From Lysobacter daejeonensis GH1-9 (GTDB taxonomy: Bacteria; Pseudomonadota; Gammaproteobacteria; Xanthomonadales; Xanthomonadaceae), in NCBI RefSeq assembly GCF_000768355.1, contig NZ_AVPU01000017.1, positions 3,080 through 67,079 of the forward strand: DNA of 64,000 nucleotides. The letters are read 5' to 3'. The notes under the pieces were generated by a model. That model saw nothing but the letters and a program-made list of their open reading frames with translations, did not search any database and was not told the origin of the DNA. This document shows positions 8,044 through 18,507 of the stretch, piece after piece (position 1 is the stretch's first letter; every line of letters starts with the position of its first letter). Both the position numbers and the translations under genes were made by a program.

Positions 8044-9795
8044 ATGCATCGCCCGATGTACCGCATTGCCGCCCTGGCCGCCGCCCTGGCCGCCGCCCTG
8101 GCCCTTGGCCTGGGGGCCGCGGCGCCCGCTGCCGCTGCGACCGCAGCCACGCAGGACGCCGCTCTCCCCACCGCAGCCCCAGCCCAGGCACCCACGCCCG
8201 CCGCCGTAGCCCGCTACGCCGCGCAACTGCTGGCCAAGACCTACGACCCCTTCGGCCCCGGCGCCGCGGTGCTGGTGATGCGCGGCGACCAGATGCTGTA
8301 CCGCGGGTCCATCGGCCGCGCCGACGTCACCGGCGCCAAGCCACTGACCGCCGACGGCATGTTCCGCATCGGCTCGGTGACCAAGCAGTTCGGTGCCGCC
8401 GGCGTGCTGCGCCTGGTGGAAGACGGCAAGGTCGCGCTCGACGACCCGCTGTCGAAGTACGTGCCCGGCTATCCCAATGGCGACGCTGTCACCGTGCGCC
8501 AGCTGCTGAACCACACCTCCGGCATCCGCAGCTACACCGACATGCCCGGGATGATGGACGGCCCGATCCAGCGCGACCTGACCACCGCGCAACTGATCGA
8601 CGTGTTCAAGAACGAGAAGCCCGACTTCGCCCCCGGCGAGGGCTGGCGCTACAACAACTCCGGCTACGTGCTGGTGGGCGCGGTGATCGAGGCGGCCAGC
8701 GGCATGCCGTGGCACCGCTACCTGCATGAGCAGTTCTTCGCGCCGCTGGGCATGACGCACACCGGCTACGGCCACGACCCGGACGTGGTCGCGCGCCAGG
8801 TGCACGGCTATTCGTGGGAAGGCGACAAGGTGGTGGACGCGCGCCCGATCAGCATGACCCAGCCGCACGCGGCCGGCGCGCTGGTGTCGAACGTGGATGA
8901 CCTGCACACCTGGAACCGCGCGCTGCACGAAGGCCGCGTGCTGAAGGACGCCAGCTACGTCGCCATGATCACGCCGCAGGACAAGGCGGTGGACGAAAAC
9001 TACGGCTACGGCATCACCGCCGGCCACGTGCGCGGGCGTCCGATGCTGGTGCACGGCGGCGGCATCTTCGGCTTCTCCACCACGCTCAACTATTTGCCCG
9101 GCGACGACATTAGCGTGGTGGTGCTGCAGAACGCCGACGGCGCGCGCGGTGGCAACGAAGGCCCCAGCGAACTGGCGCGGCGCATCGCCGCGTTCGCGCT
9201 GGGCGACCCGTACCCCACTGCGACGCCGATCGCCATCGACGCCGCCACGCTCAAGCAGTACGAAGGCGTGTACCGGCTGGACGAGAAGACCACCCGCACC
9301 CTGCGCGTGGTGGACGGCGGCCTGACCGGCCAGCGCACCGGCGGCCAGCGCGCCAAGCTCATCCCCATCGGCACGGACAGCTTCCTGTACGAGGACGGCT
9401 TCAACCGTTTCAACCTGCTGCGCGATGCCGAGGGCAGGGTCAACGCGATGGAGTTCTTCCACGAGGGCGAAGGCCCCGCCGTGGTCACCGCGCTGAGCAA
9501 CGAACCGCTGCCCGCCGACCGCGCCGCCGTCGAGCTGCCGGCCCCCGCGCTGCAGCGCCTGGTGGGCCGCTACGAGTTCAACGGCATGCCGATGCTGATC
9601 ACCGTGGCCGACGGCACCCTGCACGCCCAACTGGGCGGCCAGCCGGTGCTGCCGCTGAAGGCCGAGAGCGCCGACCGCTTCTACCCCACGGTGGTGGACG
9701 CCACGCTGGAGTTCACCCCCGCCAGCGGTACGCCCGACACCGTGACCCTGCACCAGAACGGCCAGCAACTGGCCTTCAAACGCACCGCCAACTGA
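8044..9795 (+). CDS. serine hydrolase, beta-lactamase/transpeptidase-like family (class C-like) with C-terminal domain
   Basis: Signal peptide; SxxK motif SVTKQF; YNNSGY and HGGG motifs. AAGGAGGA RBS before ATG 8044. Confidence 0.8.
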   Translation: MHRPMYRIAALAAALAAALALGLGAAAPAAAATAATQDAALPTAAPAQAPTPAAVARYAAQLLAKTYDPFGPGAAVLVMRGDQMLYRGSIGRADVTGAKPLTADGMFRIGSVTKQFGAAGVLRLVEDGKVALDDPLSKYVPGYPNGDAVTVRQLLNHTSGIRSYTDMPGMMDGPIQRDLTTAQLIDVFKNEKPDFAPGEGWRYNNSGYVLVGAVIEAASGMPWHRYLHEQFFAPLGMTHTGYGHDPDVVARQVHGYSWEGDKVVDARPISMTQPHAAGALVSNVDDLHTWNRALHEGRVLKDASYVAMITPQDKAVDENYGYGITAGHVRGRPMLVHGGGIFGFSTTLNYLPGDDISVVVLQNADGARGGNEGPSELARRIAAFALGDPYPTATPIAIDAATLKQYEGVYRLDEKTTRTLRVVDGGLTGQRTGGQRAKLIPIGTDSFLYEDGFNRFNLLRDAEGRVNAMEFFHEGEGPAVVTALSNEPLPADRAAVELPAPALQRLVGRYEFNGMPMLITVADGTLHAQLGGQPVLPLKAESADRFYPTVVDATLEFTPASGTPDTVTLHQNGQQLAFKRTAN

Positions 9796-10031
9796 CCTAC
9801 CCACTCCGCGCCCCCTTGCCGGGGGCGCGGACCGCCGCCTCACCCTGTCGGGGCGCGGGGTGCCCAGGCCGGTGCGCTGTGGGCGGGCACGGGGCGCAGG
9901 GGCACCGCACGTCGCGGCCCGATACCCGGCTTTGGTGCGGTGCCCCTGCACCCCATGCCCCGACGGGCTGAGGGTGGCCCCCGCGTGCTCAGACCCTAAA
10001 ATGGCGATCCGAACACCCCGGCTACGCCCCC

Positions 10032-11705
10032 ATGCTCCGCATCACTGACCTCAAGCTGCCTTTGGACCACCCGCCCGAGGCGCTGGAGGCGGCGGTGCGC
10101 GCCCGGCTGGGCCTGCGCGCGGACGAGCCGCTGACCGTGCACGTGTTCCGGCGCGGCCACGACGCCCGCAAGCGCGGGGACATCCAGCTGATCTACACGC
10201 TGGACATCGATACGCCGCGTGCGGCGGAGCTGCTGGCGCGAGAGCAGCCGGGTGCAGGCGGCGCAGCGCCCGCGGTCGCGCCGGCCAAGGGCGCGCCCAA
10301 GCTGAGCCCCACCCCCGACACCACCTACAAGCTGGTCACCCACGCCCCCGACGGCCTGACCGAGCGCCCCATCGTGGTCGGCTTTGGCCCGTGCGGCCTG
10401 TTCGCCGCGCTGCTGCTGGCGCAAATGGGCTTCCGCCCCATCGTGCTGGAGCGCGGCAAGGCCGTGCGCGAGCGCACCCAGGACACCTGGGGCCTGTGGC
10501 GCAAGCGCGAGCTGACGCCCGAATCCAACGTGCAGTTTGGCGAAGGCGGCGCCGGCACCTTCTCCGACGGCAAGCTGTACAGCCAGATCACCGACAAGGA
10601 ACACCGCGGCCGCAAGGTGCTGCGCGAGTTCGTGCTGGCCGGCGCGCCGGAGGAGATCGAGTACGTCAGCAAGCCGCACATCGGCACCTTCCGCCTGGTG
10701 TCGATGATCCAGAACATGCGCGAGCAGATCCTGCGCCTGGGCGGCGAGATCCGCTTCTCCGCGCGCGTGGACGACGTGCTGATCGACACCGACGCCGATG
10801 GCGTGCGCCACGTGCGCGGGGTGAAGCTGTCCGACGGCAGCGAGCTGCGCAGCGACCACGTGGTGATGGCGCTGGGCCACAGCGCGCGCGACACCTTCGC
10901 CATGCTGCATGCGCGCGGCGTGCACATGGAGGCCAAGCCATTCTCCATCGGCTTCCGCATCGAACACCCGCAGTCGCTGATCGACCGCGCGCGCTTCGGC
11001 CCGCAGGCCGGCCACCCGCTGCTGGGCGCGGCCGACTACAAGCTGGTGCACCACGCCAGGAACGGCCGCGCGGTGTACAGCTTCTGCATGTGCCCCGGCG
11101 GCACCGTGGTGGCCGCGACCAGCGAGCCCGAACGCGTGGTCACCAACGGCATGAGCCAGTACTCGCGCAACGAGCGCAACGCCAACGCCGGCATCGTGGT
11201 GGGCATCGAGCCAGCGGACTACGCCGACTACGACGACAGCGGTTCGCCGCTGGCGGGCGTGGCGCTGCAGCGGCACTTCGAGTCGCTGGCATATGAGCTG
11301 GGCGGGCGCACGTATGACGCGCCGGGGCAGCTGGTGGGCGACTTCATCGCCAACCGTGCGTCGACGGCGTTTGGCGAAGTGCAGCCGTCGTACAAGCCGG
11401 GGGTGCACCTGACCAACCTGGACAGCGCGCTGCCGCGCTATGCGATTGATGCGATCCGAGAGGCGTTGTCGGCGTTTGGAAAGCAGATCAGGGGGTTTGA
11501 TCGCGCCGATGCGGTGCTAACTGGTGTAGAGACGCGGACGTCGTCTCCAGTGCGCATCACCCGGGGCGATGATCTGCAGAGCCTCAACACGTGTGGGCTG
11601 TATCCGGCGGGCGAAGGTGCGGGTTATGCCGGTGGCATCCTGTCGGCGGGGGTGGATGGCATTCGTATTGCGGAGGCGGTGGCTCGGCACATCACGCAGC
11701 TGTGA
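10032..11705 (+). CDS. NAD(P)/FAD-dependent oxidoreductase (COG2509-type FAD-dependent dehydrogenase)
   Basis: N-terminus MLRITDLKLPLDH typical of this family; GxGxxG dinucleotide motif (VGFGPCGLFAALLLA); 557 aa. Confidence 0.7.
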   Translation: MLRITDLKLPLDHPPEALEAAVRARLGLRADEPLTVHVFRRGHDARKRGDIQLIYTLDIDTPRAAELLAREQPGAGGAAPAVAPAKGAPKLSPTPDTTYKLVTHAPDGLTERPIVVGFGPCGLFAALLLAQMGFRPIVLERGKAVRERTQDTWGLWRKRELTPESNVQFGEGGAGTFSDGKLYSQITDKEHRGRKVLREFVLAGAPEEIEYVSKPHIGTFRLVSMIQNMREQILRLGGEIRFSARVDDVLIDTDADGVRHVRGVKLSDGSELRSDHVVMALGHSARDTFAMLHARGVHMEAKPFSIGFRIEHPQSLIDRARFGPQAGHPLLGAADYKLVHHARNGRAVYSFCMCPGGTVVAATSEPERVVTNGMSQYSRNERNANAGIVVGIEPADYADYDDSGSPLAGVALQRHFESLAYELGGRTYDAPGQLVGDFIANRASTAFGEVQPSYKPGVHLTNLDSALPRYAIDAIREALSAFGKQIRGFDRADAVLTGVETRTSSPVRITRGDDLQSLNTCGLYPAGEGAGYAGGILSAGVDGIRIAEAVARHITQL

Positions 11706-11917
11706 GATAAACAGTTTTCAACTGCGAAGAGGTGTCAAGTTGCTTTTCCGTTCCGGACAAATTTGGTTCGCGCAGCGATTCTTCGCTCAAAGCCACGAAA
11801 CGCCTCTCGGATTGCCTCAATCACGCTGACTAGAGGTCGGTGACGACGTAGATGGAGTAGTCCAGGTAAGTTTGGAGGCATTACCCTAGACCATCCGCTC
11901 CAAAGGGACATTCGCGC

Positions 11918-13633
11918 ATGTCAATCGAGAATGCACTCGAGAACTTTGTCAGCTCAAAGGAACCGGGTGCGCTTGTACTGCAGGGTAAGTGGGGGCTTGG
12001 AAAGACATACTTTTGGCGCCGCCGCGTCGTCGAGCGCTATCTAGCTAAGCCTTGGCGGAAGAAATATTCATACGTTTCACTGTTTGGTATCGGCTCCCTC
12101 AGTGATATGAAAGTCGCCGTTTATCAGGCGACTCAAGAGTTCGATCACGACCTTCGTCGAAAGTGGTGGCGATGGATTCATCCCCAGTGGATCTGGTGGC
12201 GGATTCAATCATTTTTGCCCATCGCTCTCGACGTGGCTGATATACCCTACCTTCGAACAGGCCTTGCAAAGTCCTACGACGCGCTCAGCTACTACTTGGT
12301 CAAAGGCCGCTTGATCTGCTTCGACGACATTGAGCGTCGAGGGGAAGGCTTACCTATGCTCGACTTCCTTGGACTAGTTTCACAACTGGTGGATAAGCAG
12401 GGTTGTCGGGTTGTGGTGATCCTCAACACTGGTGGCCTCAACGCGACTGATCAGAAGGTGTGGGACGACAACAAAGAGAAGGTTTTCCACGGTGAGATGA
12501 CGTATGCGCCATCAATTGAGCAAAGCATCGATCTAGGACTTGAAACGTACTCCGGCGAGACTTGGTATCCCATCGCACGCAAGGCGCTCAGCGATCTTCG
12601 TGTCTCAAATATTCGGATAGTTCAGAGAACCGGACGACACGTGAAAGCGGCTCTAGACTCAGCAGGGAAGCGCGAGCTCTATCCCAGAACTATTGAGAGC
12701 ATCGTCCGAGTATTGGCCCTCTTGACGTACGCGCACAGCGGGCAGGCGGAAGGCGCGCCACCGCTTGACTTCGTTATGCGCTCTGGACCATTCGACATGG
12801 CGCTCTACTCAATGTCTGACAAGAAGGACAGGACGGAGAAAGAACTCGCGTGGATGCAATTGATAAGTGACTATCAGATCTTCGTCGGAGATGAATTGGA
12901 TAAGGCGCTCTGCCAGATGGTCATCAATGGATACCCAGACCCTGCGTTGATCGCATCGGAGGTCGACGCTTACCAAAGTAATGTCGAGTTAGAAAGTAGT
13001 AAGGAAGCATTTGAAAAAGCATGGTCGCTTTTTCACGACACCCTTGCGGAGAATCAAGAAGAGCTGGCAGACGCCCTGGAAAAAGCTTGGCCGCCAGTCT
13101 CGCACGTCGAGCGTGCGCATAACCTTCAGTCCACGGTGCGTTTACTTCGTTTGCTGGGTCGGCCAGAGGTCGGTAGCAAGTTCATCAAGGCGTGGATCGA
13201 ACAGCGAGGCGGCGAGAGACTAGGCGACCTCGACGAGGTCGCTATGTTCGGGCCAATCGATGATCCTGAGTTGGTAGAAGCTATTAGGCAAGCCCAGCTC
13301 AAAGCGCCTGTCGTGATGGATCTGAAGGAGGCGCTGGAGCTGCTCGGTTCAAGTGGTGGCATAAGCGATGCCGCTATCCAATCCGTCGCAAAGAGCACGC
13401 CGGAACGGATCGCGAGCGTTCTTACAGAGCACGCAGGCGCAAAGGCAAGGCGAGCGATAAAAACAGTTCTCGATTTCGGGACAGGTAATCCTTTGTGGGC
13501 AGAAGCCAGGCAGAAAATGCGACAGGCCTGCGAAGAGATTGCGAAACGCTCTCCGCTTTCTGCAGAGCGCATGAGCCGCTATGGGGTGACACTCAGTGCT
13601 AGCGGTCCAGATGCCAAGAATCAAATGAACTGA
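11918..13633 (+). CDS. KAP-family P-loop NTPase
   Basis: Walker A GKWGLGKTYF (KAP signature GxWGxGKT) and Walker B LICFDDIERR (KAP hhhhDDLDR). Gene and flanks are ~50% GC against a ~70% background. Confidence 0.75.
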   Translation: MSIENALENFVSSKEPGALVLQGKWGLGKTYFWRRRVVERYLAKPWRKKYSYVSLFGIGSLSDMKVAVYQATQEFDHDLRRKWWRWIHPQWIWWRIQSFLPIALDVADIPYLRTGLAKSYDALSYYLVKGRLICFDDIERRGEGLPMLDFLGLVSQLVDKQGCRVVVILNTGGLNATDQKVWDDNKEKVFHGEMTYAPSIEQSIDLGLETYSGETWYPIARKALSDLRVSNIRIVQRTGRHVKAALDSAGKRELYPRTIESIVRVLALLTYAHSGQAEGAPPLDFVMRSGPFDMALYSMSDKKDRTEKELAWMQLISDYQIFVGDELDKALCQMVINGYPDPALIASEVDAYQSNVELESSKEAFEKAWSLFHDTLAENQEELADALEKAWPPVSHVERAHNLQSTVRLLRLLGRPEVGSKFIKAWIEQRGGERLGDLDEVAMFGPIDDPELVEAIRQAQLKAPVVMDLKEALELLGSSGGISDAAIQSVAKSTPERIASVLTEHAGAKARRAIKTVLDFGTGNPLWAEARQKMRQACEEIAKRSPLSAERMSRYGVTLSASGPDAKNQMN

Positions 13634-13703
13634 GGCGACATTGCGTCGCCCGAAAATCTGGCGTTAGTCGGCCGCATTTGCCACTCGTCGGACGGCCCAA
13701 GAC

Positions 13704-13737
13704 AAGAAGCCCCGCCAATGGCGGGGCTTCTGCTTTT
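13704..13737. terminator. rho-independent terminator (possibly bidirectional) between the convergent KAP and ior genes
   Basis: GAAGCCCCGCC-aatg-GGCGGGGCTTC hairpin followed by TGCTTTT. Confidence 0.6.
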
Positions 13738-13890
13738 CAACTCAACCACCTGCCATCAGGTGGGAGGGTGTGGGTGCTGTGTCGCGCAAGAGCCGGCCAT
13801 GGATGGCCGGCGGCCCGACTCCGCGCAGGATTGCGCGGACGGAGGGTCGGCGCGGCACAGTGCCCGCGCCCTCCCACCGTGCGACAACCC

Positions 13891-16800
13891 TTACGCCACC
13901 TTCACAATCCGCAACGGATTATCCCACTCCTTCAACAGCGCCGCCTCACGCACCTTGGCGTCATGCAGGTGCTGTTCCTTGACGTGCCCATACCCACGGA
14001 TGTGCTCCGGAATCGAAGCAATCTCCGCCGCCAGATCCACGTTGCCGCGGTCCAGCTTCGGCAGCAGCCCTTCCACCGTGCGGATGTAATCGGCAATCAA
14101 CTGCCGCTCCATCTTCCGCTCCTCGGTGTAGCCGAACACGTCCAGCTTGGTGCCACGCAGCTTGCGCAGCTTGGCCAGCCACTTGAACGCCGTCAGCATC
14201 CACGGCCCGTACTCGGCCTTGACCAGCTGCCCGTCCGCGTTCTTCTTCGCGAACAGCGGCGGCGCCAGGTGGAACTTGAGCTTGTAGTCACCGTCGAACT
14301 GCTGCTGCACCCGGCGCAGGAACTCGCCGCTGGTGTACAGGCGCGCCACTTCGTACTCGTCCTTGTACGCCATCAGCTTGAACGCGTAGCGCGCCACGGC
14401 CTCGGTCAGGTCGGTGCTGCCCGGCGCCTTGGACTGCTCGGCGTCGCGCACGCGGTTGACGAAACCGGCGTAGCCCTTGGCGTACTCGGCGTCCTGGTAT
14501 TCGGTGAGGAACGCCACGCGGCGCGCGATCAGCTCGTCCAGCGAACGCGACAGGCGCTCGTCGTCCAGCGGCAGGAACGCGACGTTGTCGCCGCCGGCGT
14601 TGCTGGGCAGGTGGCGCAGCTCGTCCTCGTTGCGCACCGCGCGCGGCGCGGCGTTGGCGCCCCACTCATGGCCTTCCCACTCGGCCGGCGACAGCATCGG
14701 CAGCGCATGCGGGGTGGCCTCGGCGGCGGTCTGGGCGTTGCGGATCAGGCCGGCGGCCTCGGCCACCGCATTCGGGTCGATGACCGCCAGGCGGCCCCAC
14801 GCGAACGCGGTCTTGTTCATCTCCACCGCGGCGCCGTTGAGCTCGATGGCGCGCATCAGCGAGTCCATCGACAGCGGCACCAGGCCCTTCTGCCAGGCAT
14901 AGCCCAGGATGAACAGGTTGGTGGCAATCGCGTCGCCCATCAGCGCGGTGGCCAGCTGGGTGGCATCCACCGCGTGCAGGCCTTCGCCGCCCAGCGCGCC
15001 GTTGATCGCGGCGACGATGTCGGTGGCCGGGAACTGCATGTCCGGGCGGGTGGTGAAGGTGCCCGGCATGGCCTCGTAGGTGTTCAGCACCACCTGCGCG
15101 CGGCCGCTGCGGATCTTCGACAGCACCCAGTAGTCGTTGACCACGACCATGTCGCAACCCAGCACCAGGTCGGCCTCGCCGGCGGCGATGCGCACGGCGT
15201 GGATGTCATCGGGCGACTTGGCGATGCGGATGTGGGTGGTGACCGCGCCGCCCTTCTGCGCCAGGCCGGTCTGGTCCAGCACGGTGGCGCCGCGGCCCTC
15301 CAGGTGGCCGGCCATGCCCAGCAGCGCGCCGATGGTGACCACGCCGGTGCCGCCCACGCCGGTCAGCAGGATGTTCCACGGCTGCGACAGGTCGCTGGCC
15401 ACCTGCGGCAGCGGCAGGTTGGTCAAACGATCCTTCGCACCCGAACCCTTCTTCTTGCGCAGGCCACCACCTTCGACGGTGACGAAGCTGGGGCAGAAGC
15501 CGGTGGTGCAGCTGTAGTCCTTGTTGCAGTTGGACTGGTCGATCTCGCGCTTGCGGCCAAACTCGGTTTCCTTCGGCAGCACCGACACGCAGAACGACTT
15601 CTTGCCGCAGTCGCCGCAGCCTTCGCACACCAGCGAGTTGACCACCACGCGCTTCTGCGGGTCGACCATCTTGCCGCGCTTGCGGCGGCGGCGCTTCTCG
15701 GTGGCGCAGGTCTGGTCGTAGATCAGCACCGAGGTGCCCTTCACTTCGCGCAGGCGCTTTTGGATGGCGTCCAGGTCGGCGCGGTCGTGGAACTCCATCT
15801 CCGACGGGAACAGCTCGCGCTTGCTCCACTTCGCGATGTCGTCCGACACCAGGATGATGGTGTGCACGCCCTCGCTGCGCACCTGGTGGGCGATCTGCGG
15901 CACGGTCAGGGTGCCGTCCACCGGCTGGCCGCCGGTCATCGCCACCGCGTCGTTGTAGAGGATCTTGTAGGTGATGTTGACGCCGGCCGCGATCGACTGG
16001 CGGATGGCCAGCGAACCGCTGTGGAAGTAGGTGCCGTCGCCCAGGTTCTGGAACACGTGCGGGGTGTCGGTGAACGCCGCCTGGCCCGCCCACGTCACGC
16101 CTTCGCCGCCCATGTGGGTGAAGGTGTCGGTGTTGCGGTCCATCCACGTGACCATGTAGTGGCAGCCGATGCCGCCCAGCGCGCGCGAACCGTCCGGCAC
16201 CTTGGTGCTGGTGTTGTGCGGGCAGCCGGAGCAGTAGTGCGGCACGCGCGGGAACTGCGCGCGCGGCAGGGCCAGTTCGGATTCCTTCTCGGCCATCCAG
16301 CGCAGCACGTTCTGGATGTGCTCGCTGTCGTGGAACTTCTGGATGCGGCGGCCGATGACGCCGGCGATGGTGGCCGGGGTCAGCTCGCCGGTGCTGGGCA
16401 GGATCCACTCGCCGGCCTCGTCGTACTTGCCGACGATGCTCGGGCGCTGGCCCGGCCAGTTGTACATGTACTCCTTCATCTGCCGCTCGATGAAGGCGCG
16501 CTTCTCCTCGACGACGATGATGTCTTCCAGGCCTTCGGCGAAGGCGCGGATGCCCACCGGCTCCAGCGGCCAGGTCATGCCGACCTTGTACACGCGGATG
16601 CCGAGGTCGGCGCAGGCCTGCTCGTCCAGGCCCAGGTATTCCAGCGCCTGCAGCACGTCCAGGTACGACTTGCCGGTGGTGACGATGCCCAGGCGCGCGC
16701 GCGGCGAGTCGATCACCACGCGGTCGAGCTTGTTGGCACGGGCGAAGGCCTGCGCGGCCTTCACCGCGTACTTGTGCAGGCGCATCTCCTGGTTCATCGG

Positions 16801-17583
16801 CGGGTCCGGCCAGCGGATGTTGAGCCCGCCCTCCGGCATCTCGAAGTCGTCCGGGGTGATGATCTGCAGCGCCATCGGGTCGACGTCGACCGAGGCGGAG
16901 GACTCGACGGTTTCGGCGATGGTCTTGAAGCCCACCCAGCGGCCGGTGAAGCGGCTCATCTCCCAGCCGATCAGGCCCATCTCGAGGATGTCCTGCACGC
17001 CGGCCGGGTTGAGGATCGGCATCATCGCGCTGACGAACTCGTCCTCGCTGCCGTGCGGCAGGGTGGAGCTGCGGCAGGCGTGGTCGTCGGCGGCCAGCGC
17101 CAGCACGCCGCCGTAGCGGCCGGTGCCGGCCGCGTTGGCGTGCTTGAACACGTCACCGCAGCGGTCCACGCCGGGGCCCTTGCCGTACCACATGCCGTAC
17201 ACGCCATCGACCTTGGCGCCGGGGAACAGGTTGGTCTGCTGGGTGCCCCAGACCATGGTGGCGCCCAGGTCCTCGTTCAGGCCCGGGGTGAACTTCACGC
17301 CGGCCTTTTCCAGGTGCTTCTTGGCGCGCCACAGCTCCAGGTCGAAGCCGCCCAGCGGGCTGCCGCGGTAGCCGGAGATGAAGCCACCGGTGTTCAGGCC
17401 GTTGGCCTCGTCGCGCAGGCGCTGCATCAGCGGCAGGCGCACCAGGGCCTGCACGCCGCTCAGGTAGATGCGGCCCTTTTCCCGGCTGTACTTGTGCTCG
17501 AGGGTGTAGTCGGTGTCGACCACACTGTTGGTCAGGGCGGTGTTCGCCGAGGACGGCGAGCTGAGTTCGGCGGTGCTGGTCAT
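13891..17583 (-). CDS. indolepyruvate/2-oxoacid:ferredoxin oxidoreductase, fused alpha-beta (IorA/IorB family)
   Basis: ~1230 aa with TPP-binding and PFOR domains and a CxxCxxCxxxC ferredoxin-like cluster (CEGCGDCGKKSFC). ATG at 17581-17583 (reverse) chosen at MTSTAELSS. Confidence 0.85.
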   Translation of the reverse strand: MTSTAELSSPSSANTALTNSVVDTDYTLEHKYSREKGRIYLSGVQALVRLPLMQRLRDEANGLNTGGFISGYRGSPLGGFDLELWRAKKHLEKAGVKFTPGLNEDLGATMVWGTQQTNLFPGAKVDGVYGMWYGKGPGVDRCGDVFKHANAAGTGRYGGVLALAADDHACRSSTLPHGSEDEFVSAMMPILNPAGVQDILEMGLIGWEMSRFTGRWVGFKTIAETVESSASVDVDPMALQIITPDDFEMPEGGLNIRWPDPPMNQEMRLHKYAVKAAQAFARANKLDRVVIDSPRARLGIVTTGKSYLDVLQALEYLGLDEQACADLGIRVYKVGMTWPLEPVGIRAFAEGLEDIIVVEEKRAFIERQMKEYMYNWPGQRPSIVGKYDEAGEWILPSTGELTPATIAGVIGRRIQKFHDSEHIQNVLRWMAEKESELALPRAQFPRVPHYCSGCPHNTSTKVPDGSRALGGIGCHYMVTWMDRNTDTFTHMGGEGVTWAGQAAFTDTPHVFQNLGDGTYFHSGSLAIRQSIAAGVNITYKILYNDAVAMTGGQPVDGTLTVPQIAHQVRSEGVHTIILVSDDIAKWSKRELFPSEMEFHDRADLDAIQKRLREVKGTSVLIYDQTCATEKRRRRKRGKMVDPQKRVVVNSLVCEGCGDCGKKSFCVSVLPKETEFGRKREIDQSNCNKDYSCTTGFCPSFVTVEGGGLRKKKGSGAKDRLTNLPLPQVASDLSQPWNILLTGVGGTGVVTIGALLGMAGHLEGRGATVLDQTGLAQKGGAVTTHIRIAKSPDDIHAVRIAAGEADLVLGCDMVVVNDYWVLSKIRSGRAQVVLNTYEAMPGTFTTRPDMQFPATDIVAAINGALGGEGLHAVDATQLATALMGDAIATNLFILGYAWQKGLVPLSMDSLMRAIELNGAAVEMNKTAFAWGRLAVIDPNAVAEAAGLIRNAQTAAEATPHALPMLSPAEWEGHEWGANAAPRAVRNEDELRHLPSNAGGDNVAFLPLDDERLSRSLDELIARRVAFLTEYQDAEYAKGYAGFVNRVRDAEQSKAPGSTDLTEAVARYAFKLMAYKDEYEVARLYTSGEFLRRVQQQFDGDYKLKFHLAPPLFAKKNADGQLVKAEYGPWMLTAFKWLAKLRKLRGTKLDVFGYTEERKMERQLIADYIRTVEGLLPKLDRGNVDLAAEIASIPEHIRGYGHVKEQHLHDAKVREAALLKEWDNPLRIVKVA

Positions 17584-17781
17584 GCGTGGCTCCGGGCGCG
17601 GCGGGGGCCGGCGGGGTGGCTGCGGGGGCGGCGAATGCGGCGTCGGGGGCGTTGCGGGGCAACGGGCCGGTCGTGCAAAACCGGACAATTGTACCAGCGA
17701 CTAAAGTCTCAACCGGGCAAAATGGCCCGGCCCGGGACCGTACCGGGTACGATGGTGATTGCTTTACAGGGGGAAATAACC

Positions 17782-18411
17782 ATGCGAATCCGTGGTTTGC
17801 TGCTTGCGGCCAGCCTCATGGCCGCTGCCGGGGCGCAGGCGCAGGCGCTGCCCAAGACTGCCGAGTTCTACTTCGAGGCCGATGCCTTGGCGGTGAAGCC
17901 GATCGTGGCGGTGCGCGAAACCGGCGACGCCGCCACGCAGAAGCTGGTACGCGCCATCCAGCGCAATCCGCGCGCCGTGGCCGAACGCGCGCAGCTGGCG
18001 CACATCGCGATGGAGGCCGGGCGCGTGGAGCTGGGCCGTCAGCTGTATACCGACGCCCTGGCGCTGGTCACGCCCAGCGACGGCCAGTACCGGGCCCTGC
18101 TGTGGAATTACGGCTGGGACCTCTACCGCTCCGGCGATGACGAGGCGGCGCTGACGCAGTGGCTGCAGCTGGTGTCCGCGCGCAACTCCACCGCCAGCTG
18201 GATCCCCACCACCCTGGCGATGGTGCTGTGGTCGCTGGAGCGCAAGGAGGAGGCCGTGCAGTGGTACGCCGCCGCCGTGCGCACCGAGCCCACCCAGTGG
18301 ATCAGCACCACCCGCTACGCCGAACTGCTGCCGGAGTGGAAGGAATCCGAACGCGCCACGCTGGCCGAAGTGCACGCTGCCTGGGTAGCCAATCCACCCA
18401 CCTGGCCGTGA
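17782..18411 (+). CDS. secreted TPR-like repeat protein, function unknown
   Basis: Signal peptide MRIRGLLLAASLMAAAGAQA; helical repeat-rich. It is the C-terminal in-frame segment of spurious ORF 13678..18411; RBS-like GGGGAAATAACC before the ATG. Confidence 0.55.
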   Translation: MRIRGLLLAASLMAAAGAQAQALPKTAEFYFEADALAVKPIVAVRETGDAATQKLVRAIQRNPRAVAERAQLAHIAMEAGRVELGRQLYTDALALVTPSDGQYRALLWNYGWDLYRSGDDEAALTQWLQLVSARNSTASWIPTTLAMVLWSLERKEEAVQWYAAAVRTEPTQWISTTRYAELLPEWKESERATLAEVHAAWVANPPTWP

Positions 18412-18507
18412 CCCCGCCCGGGCGCGGTTGATCCGTCGCCCGGGTGTCTCGCGTTGTGACGGCGGGCACGCTACAGTCGAGCGGGCGCACCCAGCACCGA
18501 GGAACGG

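Noticed and set aside
5511-9951. Reverse ORFs 5511-7016, 6305-7957 and 7996-9951
   Set aside because: They are antisense to the MTase, EF-hand, antiporter and beta-lactamase-family genes, with R/A/G/H/Q-rich translations and no motifs.
13678-18411. 1577-aa forward ORF
   Set aside because: It is antisense to the indolepyruvate:ferredoxin oxidoreductase gene. Only its last 210 codons (17782-18411) look like a real secreted protein with a signal peptide.
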